From assembly GCA_043228905.1 (NCBI GenBank), contig JBHGNT010000010.1, positions 4,278,001-4,342,000 of the forward strand: a stretch of DNA of 64,000 nucleotides. The letters are read 5' to 3'. The DNA comes from Azolla caroliniana (Eukaryota > Plantae > Polypodiophyta). A program made the position numbers and the translations under genes. Below, piece by piece: positions 27,601 through 40,419 of this stretch; position 1 is the stretch's first letter; every line of letters begins with the position of its first letter. The notes under the pieces were generated by a model. The model did not search any database. It was not told where the DNA came from and was given only the letters and a program-made list of their open reading frames with translations.

Positions 27601-30600
27601 TATCATCCTCGGCGATGCGAATCTGATGATAACCAGTTCGTAAGTCAATTTTCGTAAAATATCGAGCCCCGTGCAAACGATCAATCAAATCATCGGCACG
27701 AGGTAATGGATATGCATTCTTAATTGTCATTTTATTCAAACGGCGATAATTGATACACATTCGCCACGAACCTTCCTTCTTCTTGACTAATAGCATTGGC
27801 GCACCCCAAGGTGATTTACTATACCTAATGTGGCCCATACTCAAGTATTCCTTAAGTTGTTTAGCGATCTCATCCTCTTCTAATCGACTAAGTCGGTAAG
27901 GTGGAATGCTCACAGGAGCAGCCCCAGGGATGAGTTCAATTTGATGGTCCACATTACGTTTAGGTGGTAAAGTAAGCGGTAATTCAGTAGGAAACACATC
28001 TTGAAAATCCTCTAAAATAGAGTCGAGTAATCGTTGCTCAAAATGTGGTAATTGTGTGGCGTCAATATTAAAATAATAAAATTGAACCGCAGGATCAATT
28101 ACACACGAATAAATTTATGAACTAGAATACTCACTTAAAGATTTAGAAGACACAAGTGAATGAGAAGGAAGTTTGGAACATTGAATAAAATGTTTACAAT
28201 TATTAAGTTCAAATGTGATTGAGTGATTAACCCAATCAATGGACAAAGAAGGGTTTTTATTAAAAAACCAAGGATATCCTAAAATGACATCTGCGGATTG
28301 TAATTTCATAACATGAAAGTCAAGCTTCTCCAAATAAGTATCTATTTGAATTGGCAGTTGACAAACAATGCCACTGATGTATTGAACGTTTCCATTTGCC
28401 ATGTGAACTTGATAGATATGATCACTTGCGTTTATGTGGAGCTCCATTTGCTGCACAAAGTGATCATTAAGAAAATTGTGAGAACTACCGGAATCAAACA
28501 AGAAATGTGCTTGTGTTCCATTGATATATCCGACTGCTCGGAGTAAATCATTAGGTCCAAGTAAATGTGAAGGAAAAGTGCATTCACATAAACTTAAGTG
28601 ATTGGTATGAACTTCAACAATATCAAAAGACTCACCTGTGTGACTCGTAGATTTGTCTTGAGGAGGGGTGTTCATTGACTTCCTCTCAAGACGACGACAG
28701 GTATCCTTTGTGTGGCCCCATTTCTTGCAATATGCACAGAAGAGGTTCGGTTTCTTTGAGTCGCGGTCAAGAGTGTCACTGGATTGCTTACGTTTCCCAA
28801 TGAACTTGACATTCGGAGTTTTGGCGAACTCAGGTTTATTGTGGTCTTTCTTGGAAGTCCTATGGTATCACAGCACAATGTTGACGGCTTCCTCGAAAGT
28901 TGTGGGGTCCTTGTCATGGACAATCCAATGATAATCCCCATTGGGAATACCATTCAAAAAACAAGCAACAAACCATTTCTCACCCGTAAGTCCCGATTTT
29001 TGGATCTGGGTCCGAGCGTGATGCACATAATCCTCGAGAGAGGTAAATGGCTTACTAGACAATGTGAGCAAGTGTTGCGCTTGTTCGGTTTGAGAAGGTG
29101 GCTGCAAGAATTGTTTCTTAAAAATATCCACGAAACCTTCCCAAGTTGTGGGTAAGTTTTTTGCGGTCCTTAGGCCACGCCACCAAGCAGCAGCTCGGCC
29201 ACCTAACTCACGACCGACATAACCAATTTTTACTGCATCGGGCTTGGGATGAAGCTCAAAGTGAGACTCCCAACGACCAAGCCAAGTGCTAATGGCCTCC
29301 TCGGTTCTTTCTTTCTTATCTCCCTTGAAAGGCGTGACTACGAAGGAAGGTTCACCTTCTTTCTTGGACTCAATAGTTAATTCTTGGAATTTCTTTTCCA
29401 ATGCCATATTGGCCTGTCTCATTTCGGCCAATTGATTCAAGGTAGTAGTGAGCAATTGCTCAATAGTGATCTCAGCTTGTGTGCGAGATGCGGATTGGGG
29501 TTGAGAGGTCTCATTTGGAGAGATCGTTCCAACTGCGTTCAAAACTTGTTCCATGATGCACGTTGTGGGTATGCAATAAAATAAGGAGGTTCAGAAAATA
29601 CACAAGCAAAATGAATGCTTGAAATTTTGATTGAAAGAACTTTATCCAAGAAAGTATCTCATGTCTTTACCCCTCTAGACATATGAGATGTGATTCGAGA
29701 TCCGATAACTATGGTAACACTATGGTGTTTTAAAAACCATGGGGGAAAACATAGCTAAGATGTATTTCTCGGATCTCTATCTTGAGTAATCATGGCGGCT
29801 CCCCGAGGCTCAACCATGGTTCTTACATCAATGAAATTTCCTAGATAGCCTTATATTAATGCCAACCCATCATGTATTATATGGTCGAGAAAGTGTATTA
29901 CGTGAAAAAACAAGTGCACTCACAAGTAATATTCTAGTCTTGCGAGCAATAAGCAAACGTGATGATAAAATGATAAAATAAGGCACTACTCATAAGAGTT
30001 AAGTAGTGACGAAAACAAGGGTAAAAAAAAAAAAGAACCCATGTGTTACCTACGAAAAAAAACAATGTCACAAATAAATGGGAAGTGCAAGGTATGCACA
30101 TATACATCCCAATATGATTGTTATAACTTGCACAATTGTGACATAAGCCACAAATTGATACAAGTGATGACGGTGTTGTGCGCAAAGATGTAATACTCAA
30201 ATCCATGAGTAAAACATCAATAAGGGAACTCATATGGTTTTACTCGTTTTCTAAGGCTTGATGATAAGAGTTAAACCTAGATGACCCGTTGAAAAAAAAA
30301 ATCGTTCAACAAGCCACTCCATACGAAAAAAATAGTCTACACGTAAAGGTTACATTAAAAATAAACGATGTAAATACTTTATACATGAAAAGGAAGTGGA
30401 AAAAGGAGAGTTAATTGTGGGCGGGTAAATAATAATTACTAGAAAATCATATAAGTGAAACAATACTTATGAAATTAAAATTTAATTAGAATAATCAACA
30501 ATTAGGTGTATGGAATCAAACATGCCCTAAGATACGAAACCCTAGGGTAGTTGACATGCACCTCCTCAAGACCACCACCTATCCCTAGAATCGGCCAAGT

Positions 30601-31707
30601 AATGGCTAATTAAAGAGGAAAGTGGCATAGGTAAGTGACATATACCTCGTCAAGGCCACATCATCCCTTAGAATCGGCCAATTGATGGCTTAATAGAGAG
30701 TAGAGTGGCATAGGTAGGCAACATACACCTCGTCAAGGCCACATCATCCCTTAGAATCGGCCAAGTGATGGCTCAATAGAGGGGAAGAGTGGTATACTCA
30801 ACATCATATGCAAAACGGCCATGAGATAAGCGTGTGCGATTAGAGCAAACACGCTCGACCCAATGCACAAGAATAATTATTATCGTAAGAGTTCAAGAGA
30901 GGAGAGAGTGGGATATATATCGCAATATGCAAAAGGCCATGAGTTGAGCGTGTGCGATTAGTGCAAACACGCTCGGCCCGATGCATAATAATAAGTAAAA
31001 TCGTAGCGTAGTAGGAGGTAGAAAGAAAGAGAATAAAACGTAATACCAATTTGATTCGACCATAAAGAACGCATAATAGAAAAAGAGAAGAGATCAAAAA
31101 AGAAGAATACCGGGTTTAGAGTGTTGTTTTGATCCTGAGAAGAGCATGACGAGCCTTGTTAGATCCCCCTCGCTCACACGCAAAAAACATCAAAACAACA
31201 AAAAAAAAAATTTGTTAGTAAAAGCTCTGATACCACTGTAAAGAGTCTATTACTAATCAATAGACCAAATCAAGTAAAAAGGAAGAAAATAGATTGGATA
31301 GAAGAACCCGTTCCACCCGACCACCCCCGAGCTATGATCTAGACATAGCCAACCTACCACCGACGTCCCATACCGCCGGATATTAGGATGACTAATACCT
31401 TGGAAGAGATAAACACGATCGTCGAGACGAAAGCCTAGCCCGCACCACCGGTGTCTACGACAGCAGCCTTCCGACGTGATCCCTATGAGGGTAGCTAAGC
31501 CTCATATTTATACCTTTTCCTAGGCCCCTTGAATAGATGTGCCTTTCTAAAAGGCTCTCTATTCATTGGTTGTCTAAATCATGATAGTGCATGCACATAT
31601 CATTCATTCTATCCAATCATTAGTCCCCTTTTTAATAATAGTGAACATACCCTTCACTAATGTAAATATTAGTGACCTACCCTCACCAACGTTATGTGTA
31701 CATAACA
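24674..31707 (-). mobile_element. Full-length Ty3/Gypsy chromovirus-type LTR retrotransposon
   Basis: 471-bp LTRs at 24674-25144 and 31237-31707 (TG..CA). 5-bp TSD GGATG at 24669-24673 and 31708-31712. PBS for tRNA-iMet (GCTCTGATACCA on + at 31224-31235). PPT next to 25144. Domain order gag-PR-RT-RH-INT-chromodomain. Confidence 0.96.
25152..29554 (-). pseudogene. Gypsy gag-pol polyprotein, disrupted
   Basis: Gag with zinc knuckle CAYCKKWGHTKDTC; protease FLFDSGSSHNF; RT (FLDDILIYS after frameshift); RNase H ETDASDYAIGAVL; integrase HHCC and DDE; chromodomain PERILDSR..FKIKW..ATWE. In-frame stops at 28868-28870 (TGA) and 28115-28117 (TAA), and a 1-nt deletion near 27493. Confidence 0.92.
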
Positions 31708-32536
31708 GGATGAATCACTTACTTACGAATGCTCAATGTAAAAGGTAATTCGCGAGAAATATGATGGCTCGTTAATGAGAATGACAATGTAAATGTCATA
31801 CTCAACTGTCCACCAAGAAGATTGAGCACACATGTGTGCATTATCTTCATGTAGATAGTTATTACTATAGAGTAGCAAACCCCCTTCTTAGGTTGGAGTC
31901 ACGTACAAGATGATATGTTGATTTGGTCTAATAGGTTGAAATTGGCCACATGTTGTTCCAAATGCATGTCGATGACCAACTGGCTGATTTTATTTTCCCT
32001 CCACAAAACCCTTACAGTCTAGTTTAAAAAATGTGACAAAATGACAAGTTTCAAGATTTTATTGAGTATCTGTTGGGTGACTGAGTTGGTGATAGTTAGG
32101 TGGCTGAACTATGATAATTTACATATCCTACCAGTAAATGGGCGACTCATGAGCAGTTCAATGACTAAGGGTGTCAAAGTTGGGCGACTACTGATAACTT
32201 TTTGTTGAGAATCAAACTCAACCTAAGTCTAGTGTGTGAACACACCTTTTTTGAGAATGTATGAACACTCAAAGGTCAAAAGAGTTATTACTATAGAGTA
32301 GCAAGCCCCCTTCTTAGGTTGGAGTCACATACAAGATGATACGTTTATTTGGTCTAATAGGTCAAAATTGGCCTCATCATGGATAACTTTCATTCTATTC
32401 TATATGTTAACATTGCATATCTTCTTACGTGGGTGATTATGCAATGATGCTACCTTGACATCTAACTTGTGCAAGCGATTTTTAAAGAAGCGTATTAAGG
32501 TCGTGTGTGCACGTGAATGAGAGAGAGAGAGAGAGA

Positions 32537-32645
32537 GGCTCAGTTGATAAGGTTACCCAATGGAGCCCAGGTGGTCATTGGTTCAACTCCTACATTCCAC
32601 GGTGGTATCTAGTGAAATAAGATATATCTTTGGAGTATATAACGG
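32537..32645 (+). repeat. tRNA-derived SINE-like repeat
   Basis: A-box-like GGCTCAGTTGATAA and B-box-like GGTTCAACTCC, followed by a body (TACATTCC..ATCTAGT..TGGAGTA) shared with copies at ~45010 and ~45115. Confidence 0.55.
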
Positions 32646-33126
32646 TGTCGCGAAGTTTCACGCACGTGTGTTACTTGGGCGGGACCACGGGGGTCTCAGA
32701 CTAGGGAGTACTCAAGGGATAGAGAAGACCCGAGGTTTGCTTTACGACAATACTACTTCTCGACCCCTTTCCAAGCAAGGTCTCGTTGCCCTTTGTTTTG
32801 TGAGGCCGGTGTCTCTCGTTGATCACGACTACCAATTTATGTCGCGAAGTTTCACGCACACATGTTACTTGAGCGGGACCACGGGGGTCTTGGACTAGGG
32901 AGTACTCAAGGGATAGAGAAGACCCCAGGTTTGCTTTACGACAATACTACTTCCCGACCCCTTCCCGAGCAAGGTCTCGTTGCCCTTTGTTTTGTGAGGC
33001 CAGTAGCTCTCGTTGATCACGACTTGTCGACCTTCCGAGATCACCATACGAGCCAAGTGACCAAACGGGTACAAGCAAGATGAGCACGCAACATGAACGC
33101 ACAAGGGGACGATAACACAAACACGA

Positions 33127-33530
33127 ATGTCCGTACGTCTTTATGAGGAGGAGAGGTGCATGGGCGCGCCCGAACGCTCCCTCGTCACAAGACGTCGAAC
33201 GTACGAGGAAGACACAAAACACATGCACAAAATGCTCGTACGCCTTTATGAGGAGGAGAGGTGCATGGGCAAGCCCGAATGGTCCCCTCGTCACAAGACG
33301 GCCGAACGTACGAGGAAGACACAAACACACACACAAATGCTCGTACGCCTTTATGAGGAGGAGAGGTGCATGGGCAAGCCCGAACAGTCCCCTCGTCACA
33401 AGACGACCGAACGTACAAGGAAGACACAAACACACGCACAAATGCTCGTACGCCTTTATGAGGAGGAGAGGTGCATGGGCAAGCCCGAACGGTCCCCTTG
33501 TCACAAGACGGCCGAACGTACAAGAAAGAC
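33127..33530. repeat. 105-bp tandem repeat x4
   Basis: Units start at 33127, 33232, 33337 and 33442. The 105-bp unit (35 codons) explains the repetitive ORFs on both strands. Confidence 0.95.
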
Positions 33531-33906
33531 ACGAATAAAGAAAGAAGGAGAGAAAGAAACATCAATGATATTGACCAAAGAGATAAATACGTGTTCGATT
33601 CTAACGCAAGAGGACCCTTTATAAAATAGGGTTTTGTTTACAATGGCAACTTATAGTTAACCACAAGCTCAATCAAAACATAAATATTAAATGCCCTTAG
33701 AGACAAGGCAAAACCGAACACGGCGAAGATGAACACACGAGCACCACCAAAATGCCAATCCCAACGAACCACGACCACCCGAATGGCGAGCACACGGGCT
33801 TGCAACGACGAACAGGGTGGAGCAACGTCGAACCAACGAAGCTTGGGCTCACGAGCACTTCGAGTGCCAACGCGAATAAGACGAGCACGTGGTGATGGGG
33901 GGATGA

Positions 33907-34104
33907 TGTCGAATACAAATGTATAATGGACGTATTCACACTATTCTCTTAGAGAGCCCAAGTTCGGGCTATTTCTGTAAATAACATAAAGGGCAGTTAC
34001 CCTATGTGAGTCACTATATAAAGTGACTTTGTAACCTTTTGTAAAGGTTGGTTGTTCATTGTTGTAACTGTTGCCCTTTTATGAATATAGAGATATGCTT
34101 TGTG

Positions 34105-34165
<61 letters not shown>

Positions 34166-37100
34166 ATACGTAAATTGTTCTTGGCTCTCTCATACGCATA
34201 TATTTCTTCCTCACAGATTCATACTGTGTGATCTCTTCCGCACTGACGACTTTGTTCATTCCCTACATTTGGTATCAGAGCTTGGATGTCCTTCATCCCG
34301 TTGCCAGCCGCCACTTGAATCTTTGGATCACAACATTCTTTTTTTTGCTTTGTATTTGAAGAAACAGAGAAGAGAGAAGAAGAAGAAAAACGAGGCTTGC
34401 ATCTCATCGCGTTAGATCATCTTCGCTTGGAGTAAGCCAGCCGGCTGTACTCTGTTCCTTGTGATCGTAACTGCTCGAGGTGAAATCCCCTTGTGCAACA
34501 TTGACACGATCGTGCTCCACTTGGTTAAACGGCATCCGAACAGGTCATCGAATGTTGCTCGCCGCCCGTTGTAACCACTCGGTGCAGATCGGTCTCAAGA
34601 CAACAACCCCAATTCGTGCTTCATCCGGCTGATCGACATTCGGGAGGATCAATTGGATCCATCTCTCTCGTTGCTGCAGTCACCCGAAGCCGAATCGGTC
34701 CAGACAATCGGTTTCAATAATCGGTATTTGGCATATATATTCGGAAGCGAACCGGGCTCACTCCGACTCGGCAACATTCGGGAAGACTAGTCGGTTCTGT
34801 CCCTCAAGTTACCGGAGTCAATTCAAGCAAGTTCAACAATACATATATCTAAAGCCGAACCGACTCGGGTTCAAATCCAACTAGAACGATATCGGGTGAG
34901 CCGACCGGCTGCACTCCAACAAGGTTCGTAGTCAACTCCGAACCGAGCTTCGTCAACCGAAACCGAATCTGATGGCATCAACATCCGGCTCATCGGAAAT
35001 GAGTCTAAGGAGGTTCGACGGTTCAAACTTCAATTTTTGGAAGGAGCAAATGCAGGACTATCTTATAGTCAAGGGTCATATCGATCCGATTGAGAATGAA
35101 ACTGCTCCAGAAATATACAAGGCAAATGAGTGGCAGAAGCTGGACATAATCGTCCGCGCCACGATTCGGATGCACCTGTCGGAGTTAGTGTACTTCACAG
35201 TGCAATCGTGCAGGACAACCTTCGAACTTTGGAAGAAGCTATCGGAAACCTACGAAAAGAAGGTCGTCTCAATGAAGATGTATTTGATCTGGCGCCTCCG
35301 ATTCGGTTCAGGCACACCTTAACGAGTACGAAAGTTTGAGCTCCCAAATCTCGTCACAAGAGACGACAATCGAGGATGAACTCAGAGCAATGATACTCAT
35401 GAGCAGTCTCCCCTCCTCTTGGGAAACCTTTGTTACAACTGTGTGCAAGTACTCCGAAGTCACAAGTGCAATCCTGATTGAAGCAGCTTGGAGAAAGTCT
35501 TTCACCAAAGACTCGGCAGAAGAAGCCTATGTAGTACAAGGTTCGACCGACCGATCAAACAACCGGGGAAGAAGTTCTTCCCAACCGCCGACAAATCAGC
35601 GAAGCCGCAGCAAGTCCCGGGAAACCCGAATCTACAACAACTGCAAGAAACCGGGACACATCAAGGCCGACTGTCGGGTACTCAAGTCAAAGACAGACAA
35701 AGCTTAGAGAGCTTATCAGAGGAGTAACCAACATGAGGAAGTCAACTACGTCGGCTCTTCAGCCGAGATATTGACGACCGACCCGAACATATTGTCCATA
35801 GAGAATCCAGTCGAATCACAAGTTCTGCTTACGACTGAGGAATCGAGCACATGGCTTCTGGACTCGGGCACGTCGTATCACGTGACACCTCACCAATCAC
35901 AGTTTCGGCAATATTCGGACCGGCACTCCGACTCAGTTCGAGTCGGAAATTCGTAGCATTGTGCTATCATCGGAATCGGCACCGTAGAGCTCAACCTTCC
36001 GGGTGGCTCTACACTCGTACTACACAACGTCCGACATGTTCCTGAGCTCTCACGACCCCTGATCTCAGTCGGACAACTTGATGAAGCTGGCATCCGTGCT
36101 GGTTTCTCATCAGGAGGGTGGACACTCCACAGAGGGAACCTCCTGCTTGCTAGAGGACCAAAGGTACACTCATTGTACCCTTTGTATGTCACACTCAGAG
36201 AGGGTGACTTATTTTTGGTAGATATCCCTGTGTCATCCTTATGGCATGGACGACTTGGACACCTCAGCAAGGCCGGCATCACGCACCTATCCAGAGCCGG
36301 ATACATCCTGAAACTCTCCTTCTCAGACCATCAGTTTTGCGAGCATTGCTAGTACGACAAACAGGTAGCCACATCACACCCGACATCAGCACCAAGAGCG
36401 TCGAGCCCGCTCGATTTGGTCCACTCGGACGTCTATGGCCCGATGCCACATCAGTCACTCGGTGGTGCCTCGTACTTGGTCAGTTTCATTGACGACTCGA
36501 CTCAGAAGGTGTGGGCTTACCCCAACAGAACCAAAGATCGGGTGTTCTCGATCTTCTCAGATTGGCTCGCAATGGTCGAAAACCAGACCGGTCGGAAACT
36601 GAAGTGTCTCCGAACCGACAATGGAGGTGAGTTCAAATCTGATGAATTCGTCAAATTTTGCCGAGAATGCGACATTAGACGTGAATATACGGCACCATAT
36701 AGTTCGGAGCAGAACGGAATCGCAGAACGCATGAATCGAACGATTCAAGAACGCGTTGTATCAATGCTCCAACACTCTGGACTGTCGGATGACTTTTGGG
36801 CAGAGGCTCTACTCACGGCAGTACACATAATCAATATGTCGCCAAGTAGACCTCTAGGACTTAAGATACCTCAGGAAATATGGACCGGCAGAAAGCCGAA
36901 TTATGATAAGCTGAGGATTTTCGGTTGCGAGGCATACGCCCTCATATCGAAAGACGACCGGCGAAAACTCGAACCGAGATCAAGGAAATGCGTTTTCCTT
37001 AGGTATGGACCCGACGGCAAGATCAGATACCGACTCTGGGACCCCGAGCACAGGCAAATCGTCCGAAGTTCAGACGTCGTGTTCAACGAGTCGACTATGC

Positions 37101-39471
37101 ACAAAACGGCCGAAAGGCCTATTGAAGTCCGAAGGGTAATATTTTCTGAAGTGTCAACCCTTCATGACGGCCCATCACACAACATGAGACTGGTTTCACG
37201 GGTAACCGACTTCTCTCGCACCGAATCCAGAGATTCGGCACAGTCGAATGGCTCGGCTTTCGACCATCCGACATCGACACCCGGTGCGACCAGTCTAGTC
37301 ATACCTCGAAGATTCGAGAGATTGTCGCAACCTCCGGAGAGGTACTCTCCCGGAATTTTCTTCACCGACACCGGCGAACCAACGTCCTACGAAGAAGCAT
37401 CGGCAGCTGCCGATTCAGCCACCTGGCATCTGGCAATGGAGTCGGAAATGCACTCCATCCGCGCCAACAAGACTTGGGATCTGGTCGACTTACCGAAGAA
37501 TCGACGTGCTCTTCCTTGCAAGTGGGTCTATAGACTAAAGGAGACGTCCGACTCGACCACCCCAAAGTACAAGGCCAGATTAGTTGCGAAGGGATTTCAA
37601 CAGGAATATGGCGTCGACTTCGACGAAATCTTTTCACCAGTGGTGAAAATGACAACCCTTCGTTTCATGCTCGGTGTTGTGGCTGCCGACAATTTGGAGT
37701 TGATTCAGTTAGATGTGAAAACGGCATTCCTCCATGGTGATCTAAAGGAGGAAATCTACATGGAGCAGTCGAAAGGCTTTGTGGCCACCGGTCAGGAACA
37801 TCTAGTCTGTCGACTCAGGAAGAGTCTTTACGGCTTGAAATAGGCACCCCGACAGTGGTACAAGAAGTTCGACGATTTCATCCAGTCGGTCGGCTTCTCC
37901 AAGAGCGATGAGGACCACTACCTCTTCACCAAAATAGCTCAAGACGGTTCTCCCGTCTTCCTCATCATCTACGTGGACGACATGCTACTCTCCGGTCGGC
38001 ATACCGGAGAGCTCACCGAACTCGTTCGGAAACTACGATTGAAGTTTGCCATGAAGGACCTCGGTCCGACAAGACACATACTCGGAATGAAGATTAGTTA
38101 GAATTGTGCCAAAAGACAGCTTTTTTTGTCTCAAACCGACTACATCGGACATGTCTTGGAACGCTTCAACATGCAATCGGCCAAGTCTGCTTCGACCCCG
38201 CTCCCCGTTCATCTTCGGCTTTCTCAGCGAGACTGCCCGACATCCGGTCCGGAGGGGGAAGTCATGAAGTCGGTACCGTATGCACCGGCAGTAGGTTCTC
38301 TGATGTACGCGATGGTCGCGACACAGCCTGATATTTCTCACGTCGTAGGAGTCATCAGCAGATTTATGCACAATCCCAACCGATCGCACTGGAACGCAGA
38401 CAAGCATGTGTTCAGATATTTAGCTGGCACAAAAGACCACGGCATCATTTTCGGTCCGAACTCAACTTCAGGCGTAGCCGGTTACACCGACTTGGACTTC
38501 GTCAGCTGTGTGGATAGTCGCAAGTCAACAACCTGATATTGCTTTAAATTCGGCAATGGAGCAATCTCGTGGAAGTCAAAACTTCAGGATTGCACCGCCA
38601 CCTCAACGACCAAAGCAGAATATGTAGCTGCCTCCGACGCGGCGAAAGAAGCTTTATGGCTTGGTCGGCTGGCGCACACGTTTGGGCAAGTCGACTCCGA
38701 CTCGGCTCCAGTTGTCTACAGCGACAGTCAGAGTGTTGTTGCTTTGTCGAAAAATCTGGTTCATCACAACGCCTCCAAGCATATCGAAGTTCGATATCAC
38801 TTTGTTCGGGACTGCGTCATTTCTAGGAAAATCGGTTTAGAGAAGATATCCACAATCGACAATGTCGCAGATGGAATGACCAAGTGTCTTTCGGCAGACC
38901 GGTTCCGATCTCTTCGACAACAGATGGGCGTAACAACATATCAGTCCGGCTGAAGCCGAACATAGTGCAGGATGGTTTCGGACAACAGACATTGGTTCAC
39001 TGACGATCGACTTCAGCTTTTCCGACCCGACCAGTTCGGTCTTTTGTCTACGGATCAGGTCGATTCGAACAAAACCGACCTGTCCGAGAACCTATGCCTA
39101 TACCTGTATTTTTAGATAACCCATGTATACGCCCATTACGGGGGAGTGTCGAATACAAATGTATAATGGACGTATTCACACTATTCTCTTAGAGAGCCCA
39201 AGTTCGGGCTATTTCTGTAAATAACATAAAGGGCAGTTACCCTATGTGAGTCACTATATAAAGTGACTTTGTAACCTTTTGTAAAGGTTGGTTGTTCATT
39301 GTTGTAACTGTTGCCCTTTTATGAATATAGATATATGCTTTTTGCCTCTCTCTCTCTCTCTCTCTCCCTATACGTAAATTGTTCTTGCCTCTCTCATACG
39401 CAGGTACTTCTTCCTCGGAGATTCATATTGTGTGATCTCTTTCGCACTGACGGCTTTGTTCATTCCCTACA
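33907..39471 (+). mobile_element. Full-length Ty1/Copia LTR retrotransposon
   Basis: LTRs at 33907-34267 and 39147-39471 (TG..CA). TSD GATGA at 33902-33906 and 39472-39476. PBS TGGTATCAGAGC at 34270-34281. PPT GGGGGAG just before 39147. Confidence 0.96.
34972..38953 (+). pseudogene. Copia gag-pol polyprotein, disrupted
   Basis: Gag (FDGSNFNFWKEQM; decayed knuckle NCKKPGHIKADC); protease WLLDSGTSYHVT; GAG-pre-integrase LWHGRLGH; integrase VHSDVYGP..LRTDNGGEF..QNGIAERMNRT; RT YKARLVAKGF..QLDVKTAFLHG..YVDDML; RNase H ..KHIEVRYHFVRD. Several in-frame stops and frameshifts. Confidence 0.93.
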
Positions 39472-40044
39472 GATGAAGGGTATGAGATGAAGAGAAGTGG
39501 TGAATAAGGAGATGAAGAGTTTCGAAGGAAAATTGGCAATGGTCTCCTCCTCCCAAAACCTCTGCCTCAATGAGCCCTAGCAATGGGCGCGGTTCGGTTT
39601 CGGTTCGGTTCGGTTTCTTGACCTTGAAACCAAACCAAACCAAACCAAACCGGTTATTCATAAAAAAAACCAAACCAAACCATTTAAAAAATTTGAAGCC
39701 ATTTAAACCAAACTATTTAAGCCAAACCATTTAAACCAAACCGTTTAATAGGTATGAGAAACCAAACCATTTAAAACCAAACCGTTTATGTAAAATGTAG
39801 AACCAAACCGAACCGGTTTACCAAAAATCAAAACCAAACCAGTGTATCAAACATCAAAACCAAACCAAACCAAATTGGTTTTGACATAATCCAACCAACA
39901 CGAAACAATAAATTGTACCAAATCAAAGACTATAACACTATAAAATAACAGAAATTCACAACACATTTTCTGAAAATTGTTAATTTGTGAAACATGATAA
40001 GATATTACATAAAAAGATAAATGTTTTTTGGAATGATAACAAAA

Positions 40045-40205
40045 ATCCATACAATAGAGTTCCAAAATTCCATACAATAGAGTTCCAAAATTCCATACAA
40101 TAGAGTTCCGAAATTCCATACAATAGAGTTCCAAATTTCCATTCAGTAGAGTTCCAATTTTCCAATTAAGAACAACAATCCATATAATAGAGTTCCAATT
40201 TTCCA
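40045..40205. repeat. 21-bp tandem repeat in the hAT 3' region
   Basis: AATTCCATACAATAGAGTTCC(A/G)A repeated about 5-6 times. Confidence 0.9.
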
Positions 40206-40419
40206 AATCCATGGACCATAGGACTTAATCCAGCTTTTTGTTTCCAATATTTGAATAAGGGATTTCTGAAAGCATAAAATATACAAAAGAATTAAGTAAT
40301 TCATAATAACAAATTTAAAGAATCGACTAAAAACAAAATAGTAAACAACATGTAATAAAAATTACAATGACTTTGAAGATCTCCAATTGCAACCACTATT
40401 GTCGTTAACATGTCAAAAA

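Noticed and set aside
28115-28870. Programmed readthrough or U-to-C editing of the Gypsy TGA/TAA stops
   Set aside because: The TGA falls inside gag before the zinc knuckle, and an RT frameshift is also present. U-to-C editing is known for organellar transcripts. C->T decay is the simpler explanation.
33127-33624. Repeat-protein genes or a hammerhead ribozyme (retrozyme) array
   Set aside because: The ORFs arise from a 105-bp unit divisible by 3. The minus strand has GTGACGAG, not CTGANGA, and no suitably placed GAAA.
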